A DNA stretch of 63,497 bases, filler included, from Kipferlia bialata (GCA_003568945.1; 6 parts of 6 records of this genome joined end to end with filler, not necessarily neighbours in it), one strand, 5' to 3'. Numbered from the whole stretch's first letter, positions 1-13,170 are shown. Translations and numbers: made by a program. Notes: generated by a model not told the origin, from the letters alone.

Positions 1-297
1 GTGATTATGCTAGGAATAGTGATTTGCTATTAGGAGGCTTAATAACGTGATCACAAGCCCGTCAATCTCTGCTATTAGAGCTGCTATTAAGGCAAAAATA
101 TCACCTGATTTAGGGGTATATCACCTTGATTTGCCTTAAATCAAGGATATTTCTGCTAAATCAGGCTGATTATTGCATAATCTGGTAAACTAAAGGGTTT
201 ATCTCTGCTATTATAATATCATTAATAACTAATAGCAGAGTTTTAAGGGATTTGTGATCACTAATCACAAGACTAATTTCTAATTTGGCCAACCCTG
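1..297. mobile_element. Putative MITE/foldback DNA-transposon, right end (left end lies before the window)
   Basis: AT-rich, with nested inverted repeats: 124-132/138-146, 104-113/156-165, 1-7/262-268 and an imperfect pair 47-78/229-261. It ends in GGCCAACCCTG (287-297), whose reverse complement CAGGGTTGGCC looks like a CAGGG-type TIR. Confidence 0.5.
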
Positions 298-399
298 GAA
301 GGTTCCTACTCTATAAGGATCAGTATACTCAACAACAACACAACCTTGCTTGCATATTTGTGTTGGAGTGCCTCCTTTCGACTAAGGAGAAAGCACAAG

Positions 400-3300
400 A
401 TGTGCAATATGGGAGCTGGGCTAGCAGGGCTGTTGGTGCTGTCCATACTCAGTGTTGTGTGGGGTGCCCTCCCTGATACGACTCTCGCCCCATCCAGTGC
501 CTCCCCCACCCCTGCTAGGCTGTCCTTCAGTGTTGAGGGGGGGTTCCGCATCATGCAGCTGACAGACATCCACTACCCTGCAGGTACCCTTATGTCTGTG
601 CACATACCTATTTTAGTGTTAATTCGTCTACGCCATCTTAGTAGCTCTGGGCCTTCACGTGACAGTGCTATATTCCTTTCATGACAATCAATCTTCGTTC
701 AGTTTTACCTCCCCCTCCGGCTCAAACTCTCTCTCATATATTTGAATAATAGCATTTCCATGTTTACCCCTGCTCTGATAGTCTATCCCTTGGTATGTTA
801 GCGTTAACCACAGGGCTGATTCGCACCCTTTACTCACCTCTGTTGGCAGACGACAACACTGGCAGGTATTTCTATCACTCATCACAATACACTGTCCGAT
901 ACTCTTTCTGAAACTCTATTCTTGATATTCCCACCGTGCGTATACAATATGTATACCCTTGTTTTCTCTCCCTCTGTCACTTATCTCTGACCCTCAGCAC
1001 CCTCTCCTCCTACTTCGCTCTCAACATGCACCCAACCACACACCAGGTCAGTGTAACACACATTGTCATGTGTAGTTGTACCTCATACTACTCTTCCTTC
1101 TTCTGTCTCTCTTCCCTTATATCATCTCACCTTCAGATCCGTAAGATGGTCACGGAATACAACCCCGACGTCATTGCTATCACAGGTGGGTAACGCTCAT
1201 GTGTACAATAGAGGCATCTACTTATAAGTGTATAAGATATGAATATACGTAATATACATACGTTTTGCTTCCCTTACCCCCAGGCGACACTGTCTCCTGG
1301 GCCGCTGCCACCTTCAGCAAGAGTGCCATCACACACCACCTCGCCCTGGCCGCTGTGCTCGATGACATAGGTACCAGGGGGTCAGGACTATATATATAGG
1401 TGTCATTGGTGACAGGAGTATATATAGGTGTCATTGGTGACACTGTGTGTGTATATGATATGTCCTCTCTTCTGTCATTATCTGATTACCCCCAGGTGTC
1501 CCTTGGTTCATCACCCTGGGCAACCACGACAGTGACCAGGTACCATATATATGTATATTTATTTTTATATACCCACATATGTACACTATGTATATGTATA
1601 TATCAATACTTCCTACTATCATAGTGTTACTACGTATAACCACGACAGTGACCAGTTACTATGTAGCGCTATATAGACTAACATAGTGTTACAACCCATC
1701 ACTGATTGTAGTGGCCAGGTATCACTGTATACTCTCTCTATACCATAGACATGCATGTAGTATACCCAACCCGTCACTGACACCCTACAGGCCCCAGCAG
1801 CCCTGGTGGCAGAGGAGGAGAGAGAGGATGGTGACCTTCCCATCAGACAGGACATCATGGCGGCTCTAGTAGACAGAGAGGAGAGAGAGGGAAAGGGACT
1901 CTTCCTCGGCAGGTGGGTATTACAGTATTTCATTGTTCAGTCTATATCTTTCACCCTCTCTCCCTTCTCTCATGCAGCGTTGGCTCCGTTGCCACTGAGG
2001 CCGAGGGGTATGGCTCTGACTATGTGCTGTCGGTGTATGATGACACAGCCGTAAGTGACGATGGGGCCAAGGGTACCGCATCCCCCCCCTCTGTCCTGCT
2101 GTGGGCACTGGACAGCCATAGAGAGGACTGCGAGGAGACTGACAGCAAGTGAGTGCACATCTCTCATATCTACATCTCTACCTCTCCCTCTATACCTCTC
2201 CCTCTCTACCTCTCCCTCTCTAACTCTCTATCTCTTCTGTCTCTAACCCCCAGGTATGGGTGTGTGGAGGGTGTACAGGCAGAGTGGGTGGCAGACACAT
2301 ACACTGACATAGCCTCTGCGTCGGCTACTGGTGACATCCCGGGTCTCGCCTTTTTCCACATACCCACCGAGGAGTTTGGTCTTGGTATAGACACAGACAC
2401 AATAGGAGAGGGGTACCAGTCCCCGTCTGACCTGGACGGGGGTGTCTACATAGGCGACAAGGGGGAGGACACGTGCGACAGTGGGGTGCAGAACGGCATC
2501 ATAGACATGCTGAGTCAGGTGGGGTGGCCGTCTCTTCTACTGTGCTCTCTCCCTATCTATCTATCTATCTTTGTATATATATTTACATATACATATATAT
2601 CCCCTCTCTCACCTTAGGCCGTGCATGGCAACCTCTGGGCATGCTTCTGTGGCCACGACCATGTCAACAACTACTGCACAGTCAGTGAGGATAGTGCCAG
2701 TGATGGTGATGAGGTATGCGCACTAGGTAGTAGTGTACTCCTCTCTGTCCTGTCTCACCCCAGGTCCACAGCAGTCTGCTGTGCTATGGTCAGAAGACTG
2801 GGTACACCAGCTACTGGTCTAACGATCACGGCTCAGGGGCCAGGATCATAGACCTCGCACTAGATACACAGACCCCCAGGTACTCACTATGATTAACACA
2901 GTGTGAATGCATACTATACATCTAGCTCACACTGGGACTCTCTCGCATCCACTCACCTGCAGGTCTCTGTCTTCAGTCACAACCTTTGTCACTGGCCGTT
3001 CAGCGTTTAGTCAGGCGTTGGGTGAGAGGTATCGCGTAGCTTTGGAGACAGGCAACAGTACTCCAGATGCCTCGACACAAGCAGTAGTACAGAGGAGTGT
3101 ACCGGCAGGCTCCGCCTCTTCTATCGTGACCCTCCCTTCCCAATCTGTCGCTGAGTTAGTGACATACCTCCCCTCCACTGGTCTCTCTCTCTCCTCTGCT
3201 TGGGACTGGGTCTACCCCACTGTGTACTGGTGTCTATTCCTGAGGGCTCTATTGACAGTGGCAGGGTGCCTACTCTTCACACTGTATATGATGTGCAGGC

Positions 3301-3692
3301 TCCTGTGGTGTCTGTGTACCGATGCCATCAAGGCTGTGAGAGGCCGTCCCAAGGTGACCCTGCCCCTCTCCCTTGCACTATCCATGCACAGTGGGGGGCA
3401 GACATGTGGGAAGGGAGAATGCACCCAGGTGCTGGATACACAGTGTGAGGGGGGAGAGGCTGGTATTGGTAGTGTAGGGTCATCAGAGAGAGAGGTTAAT
3501 GATGAGGGGGAGAGAGAGAAGGAGGTAACAGCCCAGGGAGAGGGGACTGGGGTAGAGGCCACCGACGCAGCCCTAGATGGTTCTATGGGGATGTCTACCC
3601 CTGAACCTAGTACCAGGGAGAGTGTGGTAGGTGCATCGTCAATGAGTGAGACTTGCTCCCCCCGTCCAGTGGGTGGTCAGACAGATGTCTAA
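400..3692 (+). CDS. Calcineurin-like metallophosphoesterase (Dcr2/PAP-like), multi-exon, with signal peptide and C-terminal TM segment
   Basis: Spliced exons give the ordered MPP motifs FRIMQLTDIHY, PDVIAITG|D, TLGNHDSD, LAFFHIPTEEF and CFCGHDHVNN. The N-terminus is hydrophobic and there is a hydrophobic helix at ~3210-3320. The start is ATG 400 or 409. Confidence 0.85.
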
Positions 3693-4029
3693 CTCCGCCT
3701 ATTTGCTTACTCTCTTCTTGTTGCATGTGTGCCCTAGTCATGCTTGCGATGCTGTTTCAATTACTTTCGTATATGCTCTACCTTGTTATTTCCCAGTTAT
3801 CCCTGTAATACTTGGCCTAGTATTGCTGGTGTTTTCATTCGATGTATAATATATTATGGACATTGTCCATTCCTCTGGTACCTTATGTTCAATAGATTCT
3901 ATTTATCAGGTGTTTTGATTTTTTATGTCTCTCTAACAGTACCCCCATTATAGTATTTCAAGCATTCAGTTGATGTTGGGCTATGTCCGTTGTCTCCATT
4001 ATCACGTTCCCTGGGCAGGCCTCCAATGG

Positions 4030-4110
4030 AGACTCTATAGACTCTATTACTGACTATACTATTGACTCTGTTATAGACTCTATATACTCTATACACTCTA
4101 TAGACTCTAC
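4030..4110. repeat. Degenerate 9-bp minisatellite (GACTCTATA)n
   Basis: Tandem gactctata-like units are directly visible at the 3' end of the kelch gene. Confidence 0.7.
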
Positions 4111-5078
4111 TCCACTATGTCGAGGGGGTACTCCAGCACAGCACCTCCCACACACCGTCTGCCCCCGTCGTAGTACCACACCACAGCACTGTGGGGGTCC
4201 AGCTCCGTCATCCTGAGAATACGGCACTGCTCCACCAAGAATGGCAGTCTCCCTCTGTCCTCCCACACCCCACTGATAGTGTCTAGAACATGCATCTTCC
4301 CTGTGTGCGGTTCCAGTACCAGCACGTGTCTCCCTACCTGTACAGCAGCTGACCTGCCAGCGTGGAATGGCATCTCTTCCTGTGTCACCCCCCCATTATG
4401 GATAGTGGTGTTTGAGTACCCTTCCATCAGCCGCGCAGGGCCTTGTGCGTCGTCACACCCCACAACAGATCCAGTCTCGGGACTGGCATATGGCACATCC
4501 ACACCCCATCTGGACCACGCCCTGGTCTCTGTGTCAAATGCATAGTGTGTACTCTCACCATATGCATTCTGCGTAGCTCTGGAATGGCACCTGCCTAGTA
4601 CAACAAGCAGATGCCCCACACACATAGAGAGGGAGTTGGTCCTACCATGTGGCCACACACTCTCATGCTTCTCCCCCCTCAACATCTGCTTCACCTGATG
4701 CCACATGCTAGTTGACGGATCACGCAGGGTCTCCCACTCATACGTGTCGAGGGACAAAATGTGCAAGTCGCTTGAATAGTCCTTATGCCCAGTCAAGTTG
4801 ATACCTCCCTCCAAACGCATATACACACCCTCTTACTCTGGTGAGGGAGTAACCAGTAGGGTTTCCAGGAGGGGGGGTTATCCCATAACCCCTGACTAGA
4901 GTTACAGGTGCTCTGCTATTCTCTCGGGTGAGAAGGCGGAACACCTGAGTCTTGGTTCCCTTGCCCTCTGTGGAAAGAGACGGGAAACAGGATCAACAAG
5001 AGCGCATAACAGTGTGTTTTCACTGATAGGTACACACCCCACAATCAGTTGTGATGGTAAGAGAAATAGGGGTTTCAT
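4107..5078 (-). pseudogene. Kelch-type beta-propeller gene with apparent frameshift(s)
   Basis: Kelch-like segments GYSLTRVRGCVYAFGG (one frame) and GGINLTGHKDYSSDLHILSLDTYEW, WPHGR, AAVQVGRHVLV (another frame). The frames are offset by an extra GGAG at ~4804-4812. The 5' boundary is uncertain. Confidence 0.55.
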
Positions 5079-5228
5079 CAGCAAAGAGGCCTAGAATAGA
5101 GTGAAAGGAAGGAGACCCTGTCTCAGACTAATTTTCAAAGGGAGATAGACCCTTTTCTAATCCACCAAACACAGGTTCTCCAATTAAGGGTGTAGGTTTT
5201 TGCATTCCGTGTAGCTTGTCAACAGTAC

Positions 5229-5989
5229 ATGTCAGCCGTCTGTACAGTGACACACCCCTCCTCACCACCCAGCATGCCAGCAGTGGAGCCTAAGGGTGAC
5301 GACACAGGCTGGGCTGGCTTTGTGGCCAAGCTGAAGGGGTGTGGGGTTGCTGCGGCGAGTGGGGCTGTGCCCTTGGCCCTAACCCTGGCCTCAGGGGGGG
5401 CGGTGGCAGCATCTGTGATGGCACTCCCCCTGGCCCAGACTGTGGTCAAGGGCCTCTCCCTAGTGGACATCATACTCCCTATAGAGGCAGTGGCTGAGAA
5501 GCTGGCGGGGTTTCTTGGGGGGAGGGGGGAGAAGGTGGTGGATGCTCTGTTTGGGATAGCCAAGAAGAAGCATGAGAGGAAGGTCCTTAGATCACAGGTC
5601 GAGGCCGTGGTGGGGCCGTATATGGCAGAGGTCTCGCAGGTATGGTGGAAGTGCTTGTGAGCACACACATGACTAGGTGGCTTTATTGTACTCCCTAATG
5701 GCACTGGCTGTGCAATCTGTGTACACTCTACAGTATATGTACAGTGTTCCTCAGCCGAAGGATCTTTACCTTGTCGAAGCTATAACCATATGTAATACGG
5801 ATCCATGACATATATAGTGGATCTTCCCAGAGCTATTCTAGTGAACTCTCCCTACAACCCATATTCCCCTATCTCCAAGTCACTTCAATAATGAGAAGAG
5901 AGTGTCATCTTTGACAGTAGGCTCTTGATGTCATCAAGTCCGAGCAGGGTGACATAAAGGGTCTGTTACAGACCTGGATGGACCAGCAG

Positions 5990-6029
<40 letters not shown>

Positions 6030-9000
6030 GAATATATATATATATGATGTACATAAATGTATACAAGGTACTGGTACTGATACTGATGCTGGATGGGGCA
6101 GCAACTATATGGCCATGGGTGTGGACACATCCATTGAGATGTGTCACTGAATGATTTCAGGGCCACTGTACCAGTAATCATTGCCACTATGTCTTCTATA
6201 TGCATTCCAAAAGCTCTTGTCTCTAACCTTCAGCATGTGGTCAATACAGTTGTGGCTGAGCACCTGTCTGCCATGAGACAGAGTCTTCAGAGAGTGGAAG
6301 AGGACCTGTGGTACATTCGGACCCTGACTGACAGCAACACTGACACTCTCTCCGTCATATCGCTGGATGTGTCACAGTTGCTACACGGCGTCACAGCCAA
6401 GCTCAACAGCATGTGTCCTAGAGAGTGCCAGCAGCTCTGCAGTTCACTGCTGAGGAAGCAAAAGCTCAGAAGTGACTGTGGAGTGGCATATGAGCCCAAC
6501 CGGTACGTGGCCAGGCCCGACCTGGACCGTGTCCTAGCTGCCTTCACTGACCAGTGCGCAGGGGGGCAGCAGGCTGCCATGCCTCTCTTTGTGCTCACTG
6601 GAGACCTTGGGTGTGGTCAGACATGGAGTGCGGCCCACCTAGCACACCAAGTCGTATCAGCCCCAGGGACAAGTCACCCAGTGACTGGTGCACCAGACAC
6701 TGACGGGAGTTGTCTCCTACCATTCTTCCTTCCACTGCGTAATGGGATAGCAGCCGGACTGGAGAGGTACTTCGGCAACTCTGACGCTGATACAGTGGCC
6801 ACGGACTGTGCCACTCTGTATACAGCAGGCAAGATACCAGTACTCATCCTGGATGGCTTGCATGAGGAGAAGAGAAAAGAGAACAGAGGGGTTGTGGATT
6901 GGGTGGCAGACTTCCTTCAGGTGGGTGATTCTATGTAGCCTGTCATCAGGCAGAATAATTATAGTTATGGATGTTGACATTACAAGGTGCTCTGTCCATT
7001 ATCGTCAGAACCAGTGTATCTTTAGTATGACGATCTCACTCTCAGGAAGTGGACAAAAAGGCTCTCGTCCTTCTTACCTGCCGTTCACACACATGGAAGG
7101 GAGTGTACAAGGGAGATATTCTGCCCCATCTGTTCCCATGCGGGACAGGTCAGACCCGTGTTGCACCAACACTATCACACAGTATGTGCCTGGGACCGTT
7201 CACCGATACTGAGCTCCTGAATGCGGTTGAGTCTTACGACACACTCTCCCACCAGTTCAGCCCACACCTTGTCCACTTCTGCCGGAAGCCGTATGCCCTA
7301 GGTCTAGTGGCAGACTACGCTTCAAACAATAGCACTCTGCCCGACCCTCTTGACATCGCTTCCTTCTACCCCGTCTTCTGTGGTGACCAAGACTCGGCTA
7401 CAGTCCTTAGCAGGATGGGCATCCATGCTGATGTGGTTAGGGACTACCTGGCCCCATTCCTCCAAGCCCTAGGAGACCCAAGTCAGATGTCCTCAGCTGA
7501 CCTCGTCAGTTGCTGCGTAGATAGGAGTACTCTCAAGCTGGAGGTTACACAGAGCAAAGGGTGGCACCAGATTGAGTCCTCTGGTCTAGTAGACCTGACT
7601 GGTACCACCCTCAAGCCAATGTGTAGGGTAGCCGCAGAGTACGCCCCCTATATTAGCCACATGATGAGCATCGGCAACCCAATCACCGCAGACCAGGTAC
7701 TCAGTGCGTGTGTGTTCAGTGCAGCCGAAGCCTATTATGGTCAGCCAAATGAGTGTATACTGTTTGTACTATTGTGCACTATCCACTTTACTTAGCTCAG
7801 GCCCCACTCCCTGCTCTGGCAACCATCCCCACCAGGGCTGACACGGAGTTCAGCAACACTCTAGAGAGTAAGCGGCCACAGCTGCTAGCACTAAAGGAGG
7901 CTAGGAGACTAGAAGAGGAGGCACGTCTAGCAGCACAGCTGGAGCTGGAGCTGGAGCAGCGTAGAACTCAGGTACTACATAGAGAACTTGAGCTAATCCT
8001 TTAGGCGACTCCCTCGTATTCTTTATAGTAGAGTACGCCTCTTCTCATATTTGTTGACTTCAGATCGCCGGACTCAGCATTTCTGTCCCAGACATAGCTC
8101 TTGAGACAAGAGGTGGCGGCAATGCAGACGATACCCTGGAGACCTCAGATGACGAGGACTGTTTCCGCAGCGCAGTCAGCACCCCTTGTGTAGGCCTTTG
8201 CGGCCCTGGCACCACTCGACCCGACTCCCAGGTTCAATTATGGACTAGAAATACAGGATCTTGACTTGTAGCACATGTTGTGATCTACTGTAGACTAACA
8301 TCAGGTCGTATGGCCACAGACACCATCTTCGTCTGTCACATATTCCACGGACGAGGACATTGGGAATGCCGACAGCATTTCCCAGACTCCACAGGTAACT
8401 TCAGAGACTATGAGGGTGTGAATTTTGATTCTATACTCACACGGACGTTTGCAATTGTATCTCCTTTAGCGCTTACTGGATTGAGTAAGAGATATACCAT
8501 GACTCTATATATATATCTCCATGTGCCCTAACAGACAGACCCTTACCACTGCTGAGACAGAGGCTCAGGCTCTTATAAAGAGTGTGAGTTCCCAGTGTGA
8601 GGCGCCTTCTTCAGCTAAGACTGTTGCAGCAAAGCTCCTAGAAGTCTTACAGTTTGGCAGAGTAGGTAAGACGTCGCTACTTGAGACTGTCCCCGGGAGA
8701 TAACGAGTAGGAACCATCCGCGTCAGTAGCAATACATGCACAGTTGATGTAGTGGACAATTTATTATCAACCTTGGTATCATAGTGTTTTGTCAAAGACA
8801 CTATGGAGACTGGATATTCGCGATGAAGCTGTTCTGTCTGAGAATACTGTATGTTAACACTTAGATGAGAACCGGGCCACACTCTTGAGATCCAACTGTC
8901 TAGATGCTATCAATAGTGCCCTTGAGCTCTACTGCGAGTCCAGTGAGGTTGTCAGGGCCTCTGCCGACGTGATTGCTTGTCTGGCCAACATAGGTACATT

Positions 9001-12000
9001 ATGTGCCACAAGTGAAGAGGTCCATATTCTGAATGTGAACTGCTGTTCATTCTTCCAAGTACCTTAACGTATCAGGCTCCTGTGCACAAGTAAGCATATT
9101 TGCCAGTGGTACAGTTCCCAAGCTGCTGAAGGGGATCAAGAACCACATATCTACTGCCAGTACATGTGTTGCTGTCATTGAGGCTCTGACACAATTGGCA
9201 GCGTCTGGTGCGTGATGAATCGTTAAACGACTAGTTGTGCTCTTTAAAGCTGATCTTATTAATAGTAGTGTGGTCAGGACTCACTCTAGGGGACAACGTT
9301 CCTACCATGCTCTCTATTGACGACGGAGCGTGTCAAAAGAATGCTGATACTGCAATTGAGAAGCACCCGGGCGACCCTGACGTTGTCTCGGCATATGCTG
9401 ATCTCCTACACCACCTGGCGACCCCAGCTGCAGAGGCCAGATCAGGTACTTCAAAGCAGTACACTGTGCACAATTGGAGCGAGAATACCATGTATACTCT
9501 TTTCTGAATGTATACCTGCGTGTGTCACTCATCGACCTTTGGGTAACCTAGTGCTCTTGCAAACACCAGGTCGACAGGGTTCGGATACAATATCCTCTGG
9601 GATAGTCTTGAGTGACGGAGTTCGTGCTCTGTACAAGGCTCTGGAGACACACAAGGGATCCCCGTGTGCCTGCCACTCTCTGTTACAGGCACTTGGCACA
9701 CTACATTTAGGTGAGAGATACCATGAGACATGTAAACTATAGCGATATACCAACATACACATACAATGTATACATATTCACTGCAACAGAATTATCTCAC
9801 GTGTACAGCTGACCCGAAAGTCGCCCTCTATGCCACTGGAACTCACCTACTTGCCATGTCTGCCGTGGCTCTATCACACCAGAAGGTGTTCGCAGAGGAT
9901 GTGTGCATAAGCGGGAGCAGACTACTAGCCATCACAGCCACTGAAGGTACGTGACCAGTGTACAAATTGTATCCAGAATGATTTCTGCTATTTGGTCATT
10001 GTGAGACAGTGTCCAACAACAGGCAAGTCCCAGAGAGTCGGACTAATGAAATCTGGAGCTATGAGAGTTCTGCTCAAGTGCCTTTCTACACACCGAGATA
10101 GTACTGGGGTTGCCTTTTGGGTCTGCACAGCCGTCTCCACCCTAAGCAGCGACAGTGAGTTGGACCCAAGTATACAGTTTGAGATTAGCGCCCCTAAGAC
10201 TATGACATTGTAAAATATTGTCTTGCTCTGTCTATACTATACAATGTGATATTCTCAAAGGTCTAAGTCATATGCTTATGCCAGGTAGGTGTCTTCCCTT
10301 GCTTGTGCCCCTGAGAGACTCTCAAGGCTTGAGGGTATTCCCCGCTGTACTCCGAGCCATTGAAGACCACTGTACAGAGGCCGCAGTTGTGTCTGAAGGA
10401 GTATCAGCTCTGAGAAGCTACATTCGCCATGGTATGTTCCTGTTGTTGTGTCCGCAAATCGTATTCTAGTTATATGGCTAATGGGGCATCATATCTCACT
10501 GCAGACCCAGTTGCCTTCCTCGGACGAGAGACGTGTGTGATTGAAAGGCTTTTGGTGGTTCTCACCCTCCACAAGGCTAATGTCTCTCTCTGTGTCGCCG
10601 TACTAGACACCATAAGCAGACTCACCACCCACGGTGCGTCTTAACTATTCCAATTGCTGCCGTCATGTATAGTGCATCATTCTGGAATCGAGTATACTTG
10701 GCAATGTGATACATTGACCACAACCTGAAGATACTATCGTCATATGGATATATATACAGGTACGGTGCGTTCTCTCTATTCCAACACCAGACTGCTATGT
10801 CCAGCAGCCCTCAGTCCCAGAAGAGTGCCTTGGCTACGTGTGCAGCGTCATGGAGTCTCACAAGTCTTGCAGTGACATTGCAACGTCGGGATCCAGACTA
10901 CTGTTGCAGCACCTAAGTACGTAGCTTAATTATTAAGGAGTGTCTTCAGACATCATGTCTGACATGTTCGATCCTTCTACCAAATACCATGCCTCACAAC
11001 TAGAGACCATGGGTTCAAATGGGTGCTATAAGACTGTGGGTCCTGTGCTAAGCCGTGTTCTCAGGCACTCCTACACAGACCTTGGGGTGTGCCAGAACAC
11101 AGTGCGGGGACTGTATGCAATCAGCAGACAAGGTCCGGTATCAGTACCCTCTCACTATACAGTGTATAGTCTATTCACCTCCGTGATTTTAATACTACTC
11201 ACAGGACACAACGTAGTGCTGAATGAGCACCTGTGCTACCAGGGTGTCATTCTGGCCATGGCGACCCATACCGGACCTGATACCTACACCATGAGGATGA
11301 TGGGTGCACGCATACTGTCCAAACTTAGTGCAGGGGGTACGCTACTATATGCATGATATACTACATACGTTGATTATTCAAGATACACTGGAGTGTCTCC
11401 CTACTAGGTATCCTAGGAGAGTGTCCTATGATTTCACTAATCATGACTAAGCCTGACATCCTAGCCTCACACTCAGACTCCACCATCACCTCTGGTATGG
11501 TTGAGGGTGGTGTGCTGTCTGTGGTGACTGGTGTACTGGAGGAATGGTACTGGCACGCATCAGAGAGGGTGTGCCACACAGAGGCATACCTATCCCTCGA
11601 CAACATCAGCCGCCATGGTACGGGTGAGATGTAGATACTCACGATACAGTGTATTCAGATACTTGGTCCTTGCTAGTTGGTTCTCTCTATTTCAAGCCCC
11701 CACTCCAGTTGGTAACAGGGACCTGCTCTATAGCCAGGGATGCCACAAGATACTTGTCAAGTACATGGACAAGTATCCACAAGACAGAGACATGCTCTAC
11801 CATGGAACACGTGCCTTACACCGGCTGTGCTTGGATGGTATATACCATATGATGTTACTATACAGTTGTATATATGGGACAGACGTGCAAGTGAACCCTA
11901 TCTTAATACCAGAAACAGATCGGCAGACCGGTGTCCTAGGAGCTGGTGGAGCAAGGGTCCTGATTAAGGGACTGGAGAGGCACACAAATGACACGAGTGT

Positions 12001-13170
12001 GTGTCTAGCTGTGTGCAATGCCCTGAGGGTGATGCTTACACAAGGTGGGTCTCTGAATGGCTAGAACGTTGCACATGCTATTAAGATGTTTTCGTCCTTG
12101 TCTAACGACTAGTTTCCAACGTTGCATCAGTCAACCGGATGAGATGGTTCAACACACTTCTCAAGATCATGCAGACGCACCCCGATGATACCAAGACAGT
12201 GACAGCGGTAGCCAGTGTGCTCATCCTCCTAGGATATGGAGGTACCACTCAATATTCATCGTTTCCACATTTGTAAATGACTCCCTCCTGCAGTGACTGG
12301 ATATATTTGCGGCATGTACCAAGTACTGATGACAAGTGTTAGAAAATGCTTACACAGCAACATACAGAGAGTCAGCAACCATGGCACGTGACTGCACCCC
12401 CATTCTGCTCAAGGCCCTGAGCCAGCACACCTCAGACCCAGGTGTGCCCAAGAGCATCCTATGGGCATTGACCAATCTATCCATGAACGGTACGGTAGTA
12501 GTATGTTAGTTGTCCGCTACTGTACGTATAATCTTTCCCCGCGAATTCTGAGTAAAGTGCTCCCAGTGGACCCATCATTTCCGCACCCTCTGACCCTCCA
12601 GGCACTGCCACCAAGCACATGCACTCACTCGGTGTGCCCCTTGCCGTCCTTGACACCATGAAAAGTCACCCTACCCACCCAGACATAGTGGACGGCAGCG
12701 CCACCCTGCTGGGCAACATGGCATCTGGGTGTACGTAAGGGAGTACATATATGGCTCTAATATGTACACCACACCTTCAAGCATCTTCTTACATAGCTAC
12801 AGACAGGCAAGAGGCTATAGTGGCCTGTGGTGCCTTGCCACTGCTACTGGAGGCCTTACAGGAGCACAAGGCCCATGAGCGTGTTGCACGACACCTGGTT
12901 GAAGCACTCAGACACCTGTCCCATTCGGGTTGGTGGTTACTATACAACCGTCTCTGGAGAACCCCTTTGTTTATACTGCATCTAAGACTTTTCAGGGTAT
13001 GTTTTAGGCGTGTCACTCTCACTGCAGACAAGAACCGGCCCATCATGATGTCATACAAGGACGGCATGTGCCTGAGGGTTGTGTCTATGGTTGTGTCTAT
13101 CCACACTGACAACCCCTCCATTCAGAGACTAGGGGGGGAGATTGGAAAGGCGCTCTCTGACACCCCATAG
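5229..13170 (+). CDS. STAND/NACHT-like P-loop NTPase with C-terminal armadillo-repeat array (NLR-like architecture), multi-exon
   Basis: Helical N-terminus, then RYVARPDLD, Walker A-like LFVLTGDLGCGQT (6585-6623), Walker B-like VLILDGLHE (6840-6866) and sensor-1-like VLLTCR. A coiled-coil follows, then many ~43-aa ARM-type exons (e.g. GAMRVLLKCLSTH, GGARVLIKGLERH, GALPLLLEALQEH). Stop at 13170. A single-gene model is inferred from compatible GT-AG junctions. Confidence 0.7.

Noticed and set aside
5966..6205. Numerous short YIYI/SLSL/ERER-rich ORFs throughout the ORF track
   Set aside because: Translations of intronic (TA)n/(CT)n microsatellites, or antisense shadows of real exons.
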